A stretch of 64,000 nt of DNA from an uncultured Nitrospiraceae bacterium (GCA_963706325.1 CAVPLT010000007.1:96001-160000); one strand, 5' to 3'; counted from the first letter of the stretch, positions 9,101 through 19,034 are shown. The notes: generated by a model from the sequence alone, not told the origin. Program-made: numbers and translations.

Positions 9101-10831
9101 ATGAAACACACCACGACGCATCCCCAGACGGAACCAGCAGCCAAAGGGTTCTCCCCCGGTTTTGCCGCGCTCGGGTTGGAGGCCTCGCTCCTCGCGACCC
9201 TTGAAGCCTTGGGCTATGAGGAGCCGACCCCGATTCAACGTGAAGCCATCCCCCCGCTGTTGGAAGGACGTGATCTGCTGGGCCAGGCCGCGACGGGAAC
9301 CGGCAAAACCGCCGCGTTCGCTCTGCCGTTGCTGCAGCGCATCGCCCATGGTCCGCGAAATCGTCCCACCGCGCTCGTGCTCGTGCCGACCAGGGAATTG
9401 GCCGTGCAGGTGAGTGAGGCAGTGCAACGCTACGGCAAGGAACTGCGGATCAGCGTGCTGGCGTTGTACGGCGGACAGGCGATGGGACCACAACTGCAGG
9501 CGCTCCGTCGCGGAGTGGAGGTCATCGTGGCGACCCCGGGGCGAGCCTTGGACCATCTGCGTCGCAAGACATTGAAATTGGCTGATCTCCAGGTCGTCGT
9601 GCTCGATGAGGCCGATGAAATGCTCGACATGGGTTTCGCGGACGACCTCGATGCCATTCTCGAACAAACTCCGGCGACCAAACAGACCGCGCTTTTTTCG
9701 GCGACTATGCCGCCGCGTATTGCCTCCATTGCCCGCCGACATTTGAAGAATCCGGTGGACGTGACGATTGCCCGCGAACCGGTCAAGGCGGGCGCGGCGC
9801 CGCGCGTGCAGCAGGTCGCCTATGTAGTGGCGCGGCAACATAAGGTGTCGGCCCTGGCCCGCGTGTTGGATATCGCGACGCCTAAGTCCGCCCTCGTCTT
9901 CTGCCGAACGCGTTTGGAAGTCGATGAAGTCACCGCGGCGCTGAATAGCCGTGGGTATCGCGCCGAAGCCATTCACGGCGGTATGAGCCAGGTGCAGCGA
10001 GATCGCGTCATGCAAGCCTTTCGATCCGGGCAAACCGAGCTGCTGGTGGCAACCGATGTGGCGGCGCGAGGGTTGGATATCCCTTCCGTTTCCCATGTGA
10101 TCAATTACGATCTTCCCTCCTCACTGGAGGTCTACGTCCACCGTATCGGGCGGACGGGACGGGCGGGACGAGAGGGCGCCGCGATGACGATCATCGAGCC
10201 GCGTGAACAACGGTTCTTGAGAAGCGTCGAGCAACATACCAAAGCAAAGATCACAGTTTCCCCCGTGCCGTCTCTCGGTGATTTGCTGGCCAAACGTCTG
10301 GAGCGCACCAAAACCGCCATCCAAGAAACTCTGCAGGCCGGTGAGCTGGAGGATTTTCGCCGGGTCGTACAGGCTCTGGCAGGATCGGCCGACCCGGCGG
10401 ACATCGCTGCTGCCGCGGTCAAGTTGGTCTACCGGTCGCATGGTGGAGAGCGCGAGGAGGAAGAGATTCCCGATGGATCGTTACGGACGCCGGAACCCTA
10501 TCGCTCTTCGCGTCCTTCCTACGGATCGGCGGGCCAGCAGGGGGATCGTGGGCGTGCGCCACGAGGGGGGCCTAGTCGTGGTGGCCGGGCAGCCGGTACC
10601 GTGCGGGTGTATGTGGGCGCCGGGCGAGCCGCCGGCATCCGGCCAGGCGATCTGGTCGGCGCCATTGCCAATGAAGCAGGCGTGCCTTCGCGCATGATCG
10701 GTGCGATCGAGGTCGAGGATCGATTTTCCTTGGTAGATGTGCAGGAAGCGGCGGCTCGACAAATCATTGAAGCGCTCGGGCGGACGCGCATCAAAGGACA
10801 GAAGGTCGCGGTGCGACTGTTTACGGATTGA
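9101..10831 (+). CDS. deaD: DEAD-box RNA helicase with C-terminal DbpA RNA-binding domain
   Basis: Q motif, ATGTGKT, PTRELA, DEAD, SAT, HRIGRTGRAG; IRPGDLVGAIANE. Confidence 0.93.
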   Translation: MKHTTTHPQTEPAAKGFSPGFAALGLEASLLATLEALGYEEPTPIQREAIPPLLEGRDLLGQAATGTGKTAAFALPLLQRIAHGPRNRPTALVLVPTRELAVQVSEAVQRYGKELRISVLALYGGQAMGPQLQALRRGVEVIVATPGRALDHLRRKTLKLADLQVVVLDEADEMLDMGFADDLDAILEQTPATKQTALFSATMPPRIASIARRHLKNPVDVTIAREPVKAGAAPRVQQVAYVVARQHKVSALARVLDIATPKSALVFCRTRLEVDEVTAALNSRGYRAEAIHGGMSQVQRDRVMQAFRSGQTELLVATDVAARGLDIPSVSHVINYDLPSSLEVYVHRIGRTGRAGREGAAMTIIEPREQRFLRSVEQHTKAKITVSPVPSLGDLLAKRLERTKTAIQETLQAGELEDFRRVVQALAGSADPADIAAAAVKLVYRSHGGEREEEEIPDGSLRTPEPYRSSRPSYGSAGQQGDRGRAPRGGPSRGGRAAGTVRVYVGAGRAAGIRPGDLVGAIANEAGVPSRMIGAIEVEDRFSLVDVQEAAARQIIEALGRTRIKGQKVAVRLFTD

Positions 10832-10990
10832 GAGCAGGAGTGAGGACCGCAAAGGAGGGACATCGTGCCGCATCATGGGGGCGAGCCTGTTGTTCTAGGT
10901 TTCCCTACTCCTAGGGAGAAAGCGAGATGTCCGTGAAGCCAGGGTGGTTCCTAGTTTCCTAGGTTTGAAGTATCCGGCTAGTATCACGAC

Positions 10991-11326
10991 ATGTTGCCTC
11001 GATTCCTCAAAGCTCTTCTTCAGACCCCCGCCTGTGTAGCATGCAGTGAACATGGAGCGACGCGAGGTTTATTGTGTGCCGATTGCCACCTCGGCGAACC
11101 GTTTTCGGCCGCGACTCAGTTACTATCCCGCGAAGTGGATTGCGTATGTGCACACGATTACCAGCTTGAGACTGTGGGCGGCGTGTTTCTTACCGGCGCA
11201 TATGTATGCCGCCTTTGTAGTGACAGAATAGGAATGTCCCAAGAGCAGTTTCATCGCCACGCTGACTATCCACGGCATTACCAGGAGGGCGGACACATCG
11301 CGTACCCGGAGCGCGACCGCCATTAA
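10991..11326 (+). CDS. Cys-rich putative zinc-finger protein
   Basis: CVAC, CADC, CVCAH, CRLC; TAGTAT 6 nt before the ATG. Confidence 0.6.
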   Translation: MLPRFLKALLQTPACVACSEHGATRGLLCADCHLGEPFSAATQLLSREVDCVCAHDYQLETVGGVFLTGAYVCRLCSDRIGMSQEQFHRHADYPRHYQEGGHIAYPERDRH

Positions 11327-11539
11327 CAGGGAACAATCCACACGAGGTCCTGCAACTGTGGGGGGATCCGATTCTTACATCTCTCGATCCAGGCAAACCG
11401 GAAGTGCGTTCACCAGCTATACCGGCGGTACCGTATCTCGCCCCTCAATGTAAGGATTGCGTTTACGCTCCGGCTTAAGCGCGAAGTCTGCTACTCTGCT
11501 ACCTAACGTGCGATGGTGACTCCGCGGTGACGGCGAACC

Positions 11540-12292
11540 ATGACCCTGCTTATGGAGGGGACTCCTGAGAAATCGACTGGGGAAGCTGCACTGCACGGCC
11601 CTGTAGACGTTCCAGCCACGAGAGTTAGAGTCTTCACGGGTTCGGCTGGCTCAGCAGTCGACGAACGACCCTTTATGCCACCCACAGACACTTCAGAGGA
11701 AAGGCCCGCATATCGCGCTGCTGGACTAACGCTTCTGTTTCGCAGTCATTTACTTCTCATCATCTTAAACATCGGCCTTGTCTTAGCTATCTTTTTTCTC
11801 GATGTCTCTATCGCCACTGACATCGCGATTGGCATGCTCTATGTCGCGCCTGTGGCCTGGATGGCGCTGTGGTCTTCTAAACATGATACGCCTCTCATGG
11901 TGACCACGGCGGTCGGATGTACCGTCCTCAGCATCGTGGCGTTCCTGCTTCATCCGGCAGACAATCTTTGGATCGGGTTCATCAACCGTATTATGGCTTG
12001 TTTCATGATCTGGTTAACGACTGTCCTCTCGATTACACGGAAACGCGCAGAGGAGGAAACGAAGACTCTTCGCGGCTTTCTGCCGATTTGCTCCTATTGC
12101 AAAAAAATCCGGGACAACACTGGCTATTGGGAACGCATGGAGGTCTACATTTCCGCCAATTCACAGGCCCACTTCAGTCACGGCATCTGTCCTGAATGCG
12201 GAGAAGAACACTTCCCGGCGATCTACCGGGCGGACCACACCGAAGGCTCAGGCGGACAAGGTGCGAGGGATCTCAAGAGTTCTGCGCCATAG
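11540..12292 (+). CDS. Membrane protein with C-terminal CxxC...HGxCxxC zinc-binding output domain (start may be 11675)
   Basis: About 4 TM helices, then LPICSYCKKIRD...SHGICPEC. Confidence 0.82.
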   Translation: MTLLMEGTPEKSTGEAALHGPVDVPATRVRVFTGSAGSAVDERPFMPPTDTSEERPAYRAAGLTLLFRSHLLLIILNIGLVLAIFFLDVSIATDIAIGMLYVAPVAWMALWSSKHDTPLMVTTAVGCTVLSIVAFLLHPADNLWIGFINRIMACFMIWLTTVLSITRKRAEEETKTLRGFLPICSYCKKIRDNTGYWERMEVYISANSQAHFSHGICPECGEEHFPAIYRADHTEGSGGQGARDLKSSAP

Positions 12293-12529
12293 TATTCATT
12301 TCCAACTTCCAGGCCTCAAAGCTGTACCGGTTTCCCAGTCGAGTACACCGCAACATTGCGCAAGTTCCTCTTTCCTCACCAGAGACGTACTCCGGCGTAC
12401 CCAAGCGTTGCCGAGCCCCTGCATCCAAGCGTGCTACAAATCTGTTGCCATGCCATGCTGCATATTTTTTTCGCTCGGCTTCCGCTGACAGGCGTTCCAT
12501 GCCGTCATTTGATAATGATAGGATGACAA

Positions 12530-13987
12530 ATGTCCGCATCCCATACCACCGTCACGACAAGTATTCCCCAACGCATGGATCGCTTGCCGTGGTCGCGCTG
12601 GCATTGGCTGGTAGTGACCGCTCTTGGAGTTACCTGGATCCTGGATGGGCTCGAGGTCTCCATTGTCGCCGCCCTCGGTCCGGTGCTCACGCTGAGCACC
12701 ACGCTGAATCTCACCGCTTCCGAAGTGGGACTCACCGCATCTGCCTATTTAACCGGATCGGTATTGGGAGCCATTGTCTTTTCGTATCTCACTGATCGTC
12801 AGGGACGAAAGAAATGGTTCATGATCACCCTTCTGCTTTATTTGGCCGCAACGGTTCTGACCGCCTTCTCCTGGAACCTGTGGAGTTTCATGTTTTTTCG
12901 TTTGCTCACCGGCGCGGGGATCGGGGGCGAATATGCGGCGATCAATTCCGCCATAGACGAGTTGATTCCGGCGCGCACTCGTGGACACACGGATCTGGCG
13001 ATCAACGGGAGTTGGTGGCTCGGTAGCGCCGCCGGTGCCGTGCTGGCGATTGTATTGTTGAATCCGCTGTTAATTCCGGAATATTTGGGATGGCGGCTGT
13101 GCTTCGGGTTTGGCGCGGTGCTCGGCGTGAGCATCCTTCTCGTCCGGCGCGTGATTCCGGAAAGCCCTCGTTGGCTCATGACCCACGGGAAAATGAAGGA
13201 AGCTGACGAGATTGTCGCTGGAATCGAAACCCGGATTCTGCAGGACAGCAGCCACACGTCGTTGCCGCAGGTTGAGGGCTCGATTACTGTCCATGCCCGC
13301 CCGCATGCGACGCTCGCCACTGTTGCGCGGGAGTTGTTCTCCACGTATCCTCGTCGCACGACATTGGGAATCGTGCTGATGGTGACGCAATCATTCATGT
13401 ACAACGCGATCTCGTTCACCTATCCCTTCGTGCTCACGAAATTTTACGCGGTCCCCAGCCATGACATCGGCTACTACATTCTCCCGTTTGCCTTCGGTAA
13501 CTTTCTGGGCCCCTTGTTGCTGGGCCGCTTTTTCGATACCATCGGCCGCAAGCAAATGATCAGCTTCACCTATGCCGTGGCGGGGTGCTTGCTGGCGGCC
13601 ACCGGCTATTTCTTTTGGCAGGGCGCCTTTACCTCCGTCACTCAGATGATGGCCTGGTCATCCGTATTCTTTTTCGCGTCCGCCGGCGCCAGCGCCGCCT
13701 ATCTGACCGTCAGCGAGATTTTTCCGATGGAGATCCGCGCGATGGCGATCGCGTTCTTCTTTGTCGTGGCGCAGGGAGCGGGGATTCTGGCTCCCTGGCT
13801 GTACGGCAAGCTGATCGAAACGTCCGCCGAAAGCGTCTTTTACGGATACTTGTTGGGAGCCGGAATGATGCTCGTGGGCGCGGTCGTGGAATTGTGGTTA
13901 GGAGTCAAAGCAGAGGGCCGATCGCTCGAACATATCGCAACGCCGCTGTCCGCACAGCCTCTCACGGAGGATGCGCCGCGCGCCTGA
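12530..13987 (+). CDS. MFS transporter (sugar/aromatic-acid porter-like)
   Basis: DRQGRK, GIGGEY, PESPRWL motifs; about 12 TM. Confidence 0.93.
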   Translation: MSASHTTVTTSIPQRMDRLPWSRWHWLVVTALGVTWILDGLEVSIVAALGPVLTLSTTLNLTASEVGLTASAYLTGSVLGAIVFSYLTDRQGRKKWFMITLLLYLAATVLTAFSWNLWSFMFFRLLTGAGIGGEYAAINSAIDELIPARTRGHTDLAINGSWWLGSAAGAVLAIVLLNPLLIPEYLGWRLCFGFGAVLGVSILLVRRVIPESPRWLMTHGKMKEADEIVAGIETRILQDSSHTSLPQVEGSITVHARPHATLATVARELFSTYPRRTTLGIVLMVTQSFMYNAISFTYPFVLTKFYAVPSHDIGYYILPFAFGNFLGPLLLGRFFDTIGRKQMISFTYAVAGCLLAATGYFFWQGAFTSVTQMMAWSSVFFFASAGASAAYLTVSEIFPMEIRAMAIAFFFVVAQGAGILAPWLYGKLIETSAESVFYGYLLGAGMMLVGAVVELWLGVKAEGRSLEHIATPLSAQPLTEDAPRA

Positions 13988-14156
13988 TCGTTGTTCCCAT
14001 TGGATACCGACGCTCACCAATATCACCCAGGATTGTGCCGGGGGAGATCCCCTTTCGGCCTGTGCGAGGGCCAGCTGTCATTGGCTATCGGGACACCGGA
14101 GAAAACTACCATGTTCACCTGTCCACGGTACGGCGAATAGGTGAGATGAGGAGCGC

Positions 14157-15710
14157 GTGACCTTTCGTCCTTGGACCGCCAGCTTGCGCGACTGGCAGAC
14201 CCGCGCCGTCGCGGACGTGTTGGCACAGCCACGTGTGGACTATCTCGTGACGGCAACGCCCGCGGCGGGGAAGACCCGCTTTGCGCTGCGCATCGCCCAT
14301 CAGTATTTGACCGATCGGGCGGCCGGTCGGGTACTCGTGATCTGCCCGACGAACCATTTGCGGACACAGTGGGCGTCAGCCGCGGGACAAGTGGGCATTC
14401 AATTGGATCCGGCGCTGTCGAATGAACAGGCCTGTGAGGCGCGCGACTATCACGGCGCGGTCGTGACGTATCAGCAGGTCTGCCTGGCGCCGGAAGTATT
14501 CCGGCGAGCCTGCCGCAACCGAAAAACCCTGGTCATTCTCGATGAGTTGCACCACGCCGGTGACGGCAAGGATTGGGGTAAGGCTCTGCGAGAATCCTTT
14601 GCTGAAGCGGTGTTTCGTCTGGCCCTCTCGGGCACGCCTTTCCGTTCGGACAATAATCCGATCCCCTATGTGCGATACGTAGATGGGGAAAGCCAGGCGG
14701 ATTTCACGTACGGCTATTCGCACTCGATCAAGGACGGGGTCTGTCGACCGATTCTCTTTCCAAGTTACGAAGGCGAACTGACATGGCTGTCGGACGGGCG
14801 TGAGCATCGTGCCACGTTTGAAGACGGATTGACCTTTGAACGCCAGCGGGAGCGGCTCAAAACGGCGCTGCTACAGGAAACCTGGCTCGATCCGGTGCTG
14901 CGCGATGCCCATACGGAGTTGCAGCGATTGCGCAAGCAGGAGCAATCGGATGCGGGCGGGCTCATTGTGACTATGAATCAGGACCATGCGCGGCAGGTGG
15001 CGGAGCTCGTCACGAAGATTACGGGGACGCGGGCCCTGGTGGCGGTGTCCGACGATCCTTCCGCCTCCAAGACCATCGAGACCTTTGCCCACCACAAAAC
15101 GCAGCAGTGGCTGGTGGCGGTGAATATGGTGAGCGAAGGGGTGGATATTCCGCGTCTCCGCGTCGGTGTGTATGCGACCAATGTGTTGACGGAGATGTAT
15201 TTTCGCCAGGTGGTCGGGCGGTTTGTGCGGGTGCAGGATAAGGTGCCGAAGCCGCAACGGGCCTGGCTCTATCTGCCCAAGGATGCGACGCTGGTGCATT
15301 TTGCCAAGCGCATCAAGGTCGAGCGGGACCATGTCCTTGAAGACATTATGCCCGCGGTGCAGCGAACGTTGTTCGGCACGGCCGCGACCTCGCTCAAGGA
15401 ATATATCCCCTTGAACGGCGTGGCCCGGCTGGATACGTTGATCGGTGTGGATGAGGGTGATCCGGCGGAAGGAATGGGACAAGCAGCAGTCGCGGAGGCG
15501 CTCCATGATCAGAAGGACAAACTGCGAGATAAGCACCGAAATCTCGTGGCCGCTGTGGCACGGAAGACAGGAGCGGATCATCGGCAGCTCAATGCGGAGT
15601 TGATTAAACGGACTGGTGGCCGCGTCGATCAGGCGACGATTCCACAATTGGAGCGGCGCATTGCCTTGTTGGAAAAGTGGCGGGAATCCGGTTTCGACCG
15701 GAAACGGTGA
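14157..15710 (+). CDS. SF2 DEAD/DEAH-type helicase (ResIII/SSL2-like)
   Basis: LRDWQ, TPAAGKT, DELHH, LSGTPFRSD, SEGVDIP, QVVGRFVR; GTG start with GAGGAG RBS. Confidence 0.9.
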   Translation: MTFRPWTASLRDWQTRAVADVLAQPRVDYLVTATPAAGKTRFALRIAHQYLTDRAAGRVLVICPTNHLRTQWASAAGQVGIQLDPALSNEQACEARDYHGAVVTYQQVCLAPEVFRRACRNRKTLVILDELHHAGDGKDWGKALRESFAEAVFRLALSGTPFRSDNNPIPYVRYVDGESQADFTYGYSHSIKDGVCRPILFPSYEGELTWLSDGREHRATFEDGLTFERQRERLKTALLQETWLDPVLRDAHTELQRLRKQEQSDAGGLIVTMNQDHARQVAELVTKITGTRALVAVSDDPSASKTIETFAHHKTQQWLVAVNMVSEGVDIPRLRVGVYATNVLTEMYFRQVVGRFVRVQDKVPKPQRAWLYLPKDATLVHFAKRIKVERDHVLEDIMPAVQRTLFGTAATSLKEYIPLNGVARLDTLIGVDEGDPAEGMGQAAVAEALHDQKDKLRDKHRNLVAAVARKTGADHRQLNAELIKRTGGRVDQATIPQLERRIALLEKWRESGFDRKR

Positions 15711-15796
15711 GCAATCGAAAGAAGGCTGAGCAAGGCCCACCGCGAAGAGCCGTCGCACGAACTCGATAAAAAGCCGATTACATAAGGGAGAGAAGC

Positions 15797-16375
15797 ATGG
15801 CTGGCAGGAAGCTGAAGAGAAAAAGTGGCGCATCGGTGAAGACAGTTGCGAAGAAGAGGATGGAGACAGTTGCGAAGAAAGGCAAGAAGAAGACCGCCAC
15901 GAAACGATCGGCTCCGGCGCAGCGGTCACGAACGACTCGCGCGAAAAAGCCCTCGGTAGCGGTCGTGGTGCTGTCCGGGTCCACCCCGCTTCGCCGCAGC
16001 AAGGCGGCTGAGTTAGTGGCCGAGGAGCTGCAGCTGGACTTGGCGAAGGTGAATCTATCCTCAGTGGTGAGCCGGTACGTCGGAGAAACCGAAAAGAACA
16101 TCAATCGGATTTTTGACGAGGCTGAACGCAGCGGGTCGATTCTGTTCTTTGATGGAGCGGATGCGCTGTTCGGCCCACATCGCGCAGGCAAGGGTGACAC
16201 GGGCCACTATGCCGATGCGGGGGCAGCCCATTTGTTGCAACGCATCGAGGCCCACAAAGGGTTGGTCATTGTAACGACCAATGGGAAAAGCAGGATCGAC
16301 CAAGCGCTGTCTCGGCAAGCAGAGGTGTCCGTGATGGTGGGCATGAAGAAGAAGCGGAAGAAAAAAACCGCCTGA
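15797..16375 (+). CDS. AAA+ domain protein with degenerate Walker A and B and K/R-rich tails (copy 2)
   Basis: Paralog of 1828-2373; VVSRYVGETEKNI, FFDGADALFG, VTTNGKSRI. Confidence 0.85.
   Translation: MAGRKLKRKSGASVKTVAKKRMETVAKKGKKKTATKRSAPAQRSRTTRAKKPSVAVVVLSGSTPLRRSKAAELVAEELQLDLAKVNLSSVVSRYVGETEKNINRIFDEAERSGSILFFDGADALFGPHRAGKGDTGHYADAGAAHLLQRIEAHKGLVIVTTNGKSRIDQALSRQAEVSVMVGMKKKRKKKTA
15840..15879 (+). repeat. 24-bp-period direct repeat encoding TVAKK twice
   Basis: AGACAGTTGCGAAGAA occurs twice. Confidence 0.7.
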
Positions 16376-16421
16376 CGAACCGTTGGCATGCAGGGTGGCT
16401 CGACAAGCGATGGCACGAGCA

Positions 16422-16569
16422 CAGGATGGTCCAAAAGGCTGTTCAGCGAGGCCGCAGCAAGGTCTGCGGCGCGAAGCACAATGAGCGCCACGCCTGTGCA
16501 CGCCGCCGAGAGGATGAGAGGGAGCAGTGTCTTGCGAGAACGATGCTGGGGCCCTGTTTCAGCGTCCTG
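16422..16569. mobile_element. MITE-like repeat, copy B
   Basis: CAGGATGGTCCAAAAGGCTGTTCAGC ... GAGAACGATGCTGGGGCCCTGTTTCAGCGTCCTG; internal module shared with the 40866 copy. Confidence 0.75.
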
Positions 16570-16575
16570 CGGAGG

Positions 16576-16746
16576 CTACTCGGTCTCTTCGCTGGCCTCG
16601 AGGCACTTGGTGCACTGTTCCAGGTCGGGAACGCCATGGGCGCTGCAGAAATGCCGGTGGCACAGGCCGCACAGCATGAAGCTCATTTTGATTCGATCCT
16701 CTGCCTCGCAGCAGTAACAATTTTTTGCGGTTCGTGCCTTCGGCAT
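16576..16746 (-). CDS. 56-aa zinc-finger protein (B-box/AN1-like), below the ORF-track cutoff
   Basis: Hand translation MPKARTAKNCYCCEAEDRIKMSFMLCGLCHRHFCSAHGVPDLEQCTKCLEASEETE; AAGGAGAAGG RBS. Confidence 0.85.
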   Translation of the reverse strand: MPKARTAKNCYCCEAEDRIKMSFMLCGLCHRHFCSAHGVPDLEQCTKCLEASEETE

Positions 16747-17085
16747 GGTCCTTCTCCTTTAAATGTTCGTCGTTTCGACCGATCGGCGTCGGTTGCCGAG
16801 CACGTAGAGCCAGGGGCTTTGTACCTCGCGACCGGTCTCGTTATTCACTGTCGCCGCAGTGCGAGAAGCCTGGACGGTTACGGCTTCGTGCCACCCGCCA
16901 GCCTATCCGCAACCGGTAGGACCGCAGGCCGGACCTCAATTCATGAAAGAAATCAGGCAAGGCACCTAGGCCGGGTTAGCCTACGGCGCTTAAGACAGCG
17001 AGAGGTGTACTCGTCGTTTGTTTCCGGTCACAAGCCAGGATGACGCTCTGCGGCATACGACTGCTTATATCATACATGGGTAAAG

Positions 17086-17094
17086 ATTATAGCA
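17086..17094 (-). promoter_or_regulatory. Extended -10 promoter (TGcTATAAT)
   Basis: Consensus TGnTATAAT on the minus strand, about 340 nt upstream of the zinc-finger gene. Confidence 0.6.
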
Positions 17095-17272
17095 GCCGAC
17101 GTATGCTTGTCTTCAGCGGATTGGCTCACTGTCCTCGCGAAAACGCCGATGCGGTCTGACACCATAGCCGTATCATCGGCGGGCATCCGGCTCGATCTGC
17201 ATACGGAAATCGGCTCATGACATGGAATGTACGTCTTTTATCGGCGGGGCGCTCAATTCCCAATCCTGCCGG

Positions 17273-17974
17273 TTATACCTGCAGCGAAGTCTCCATTCCT
17301 TCTAATGTCGCCCAGACCCCATGTCCGAGATGGTTGGCCGATTGATAACTATGTCGGGCCAGCCGCGCGGCCAACGGCCACGTCTGAGGCTTCACGAGGA
17401 CCCACATGGCGATTCGAGGAATATTGATGATATCGAACCCGCCGAGAATAGGGGAGAGATCGTCGTCGATCCCGTCGGATACTCCCTTCATCGCCAGGCA
17501 GGGAATATTTCGCTGTTTGCAGAGCTTCGCAATAGTCTGGCTTTCCATGTCCACAGCAATCGCCTGGGTGGTGGCGGCCAATGCGCGCCGCGCGTCGGGC
17601 GTGAGAACGGGCTGACTGACCGTCACCAACGGGCCGACATGGAAGGGAATGTTTCGGTGCTTCAATGCCCGTTCCGCCACGGCAATCAAGCGCGGATCTT
17701 CGGATTGAACGATCAGTTCGCCGATGTGCACATGCGATCTCAGTGCCCCGGCGAGGCCTGAGCAAATCATGAGATCCAGTTTCTGAGAGTCCAGAAATCG
17801 AGTTACGCGATCTTTGGCCACAGCGGGCACCATCCCGGACAGGCAGAGCCGTATGGTATGCCCGTTGTGGGTCGCTCCCCATATCTCGTCGTGCGCATCG
17901 AGCAATTCGAGTTTCAGTCGCCGGCAGACTTCCCGCACTTCCCATTTCACCTCAGCGACGAGTCCTATTTTCAT
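17273..17974 (-). CDS. Nucleoside phosphorylase family protein (hopanoid-associated HpnG-like)
   Basis: SGLAGAL, AVDMES, KGVSD; ATGA overlap with upstream hpnA. Confidence 0.85.
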   Translation of the reverse strand: MKIGLVAEVKWEVREVCRRLKLELLDAHDEIWGATHNGHTIRLCLSGMVPAVAKDRVTRFLDSQKLDLMICSGLAGALRSHVHIGELIVQSEDPRLIAVAERALKHRNIPFHVGPLVTVSQPVLTPDARRALAATTQAIAVDMESQTIAKLCKQRNIPCLAMKGVSDGIDDDLSPILGGFDIINIPRIAMWVLVKPQTWPLAARLARHSYQSANHLGHGVWATLEGMETSLQV

Positions 17975-18969
17975 GTCTTCCTCCGGATTTTGACATAACC
18001 TTGCTCGGTGAACCAATGCACGGCCTGCTCAAGCGCGTCTTGCAGCGAGGTCTGCGGCAAACGTAATTCTGTAACGGCTTTGCGACTGTCATACCGCATC
18101 GGTTGCTTCGCCATTCGTACCCCGTCCAGGGATGCGCGCGGGACATGTCCCGTGACCTTGGCCACAAGTTCTCCGCCGGCGCCGGCACAAAGGGCGACGA
18201 GGTAAGGGATCTTGATGCGAGGAGCGGGACGCTGACTCACCTGTCCAAGCAATCCGAGGAAGTCGCTGAAAGGCAGGTTTTGGTGCCCGAGAATGTACCG
18301 CTCGCCAACGCGTCCCTGGGTTGCTGCCAGCCAATGACCGATCGCGACATCCTTCACGGCAATCCAATTAAACGCGGCCTCCAGAAACGCGGGGAGGCGG
18401 CCGTTGAGAAAGTCCACGATGAATTGGCCGGTCGGGGTCGGGCGCCGGTCCAGGGCGCCGATCGGAGTCGACGGATTCACGATGGTGACCGGGGCGCCCT
18501 CTCGGATAAGCTTCCAGACAGCCTGCTCCGCGAGAATTTTTGTGCGTTGGTACGTACTGCGAGCGGCCTCGGGCGCGAGGAAATCGTTTTCTGTCCCAAG
18601 TCGGTCGGCCGAACATTGTACCGTCACGGCGCTCGATGTATACACGATCCGTTTCACTCCAGCCTGACAGGCTGCTTCCAAAAGCCGCCGAGTGCCGCCA
18701 ACATTGACATCATGCATGGCTTGAGGATCAGGCACCCAAAGGCGGTAGTCTGCCGCCACATGGAACAGTAGATCCATGCCCTGTACCGCGCGATCTACCG
18801 ATGAACGATCAGTGAGATCTCCCGGAATAGTCTTAATCCGAAGATCAGACAAGGCGCCGAGAGCGCTTGTCGACCGGACCAGCGCGGACACGTCCTGCTT
18901 TTGCTCTACCAAGACCCGCGCAACGTGGGCGCCGACAAACCCCGTTGCTCCAGTTACCAATATCCGCAC
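17971..18969 (-). CDS. hpnA: Hopanoid-associated NAD-dependent epimerase/dehydratase
   Basis: TGATGFVG, HVAADYRLWVPD, YxxxK, NPSTPIG..D.RPTPTG. Confidence 0.88.
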   Translation of the reverse strand: MRILVTGATGFVGAHVARVLVEQKQDVSALVRSTSALGALSDLRIKTIPGDLTDRSSVDRAVQGMDLLFHVAADYRLWVPDPQAMHDVNVGGTRRLLEAACQAGVKRIVYTSSAVTVQCSADRLGTENDFLAPEAARSTYQRTKILAEQAVWKLIREGAPVTIVNPSTPIGALDRRPTPTGQFIVDFLNGRLPAFLEAAFNWIAVKDVAIGHWLAATQGRVGERYILGHQNLPFSDFLGLLGQVSQRPAPRIKIPYLVALCAGAGGELVAKVTGHVPRASLDGVRMAKQPMRYDSRKAVTELRLPQTSLQDALEQAVHWFTEQGYVKIRRKT

Positions 18970-19034
18970 CGTGCGCCTCTTCTCTTTTACTAGGATGCTG
19001 ATCCGAATGACTGCTGAACTCTTCCCAAAGCGGG

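Noticed and set aside
9089..10096. Long antisense ORFs (also 14871-15929, 33266-34534, 34848-35732, 38033-38890 and the 5' part of 31342-32373)
   Set aside because: Shadows of real genes in high-GC DNA, with no motifs
14157..16375. Helicase plus AAA as a restriction/defence operon
   Set aside because: No methylase or nuclease partner; the other AAA paralog has a different context
16976..17030. Minus-strand AAACGACGAGTAC...CTCGCTGTCTTAA resembles a tmRNA tag region
   Set aside because: No tRNA-like GGGG 5' end or T-arm/CCA end, and the frame does not give an ...LAA-stop tag
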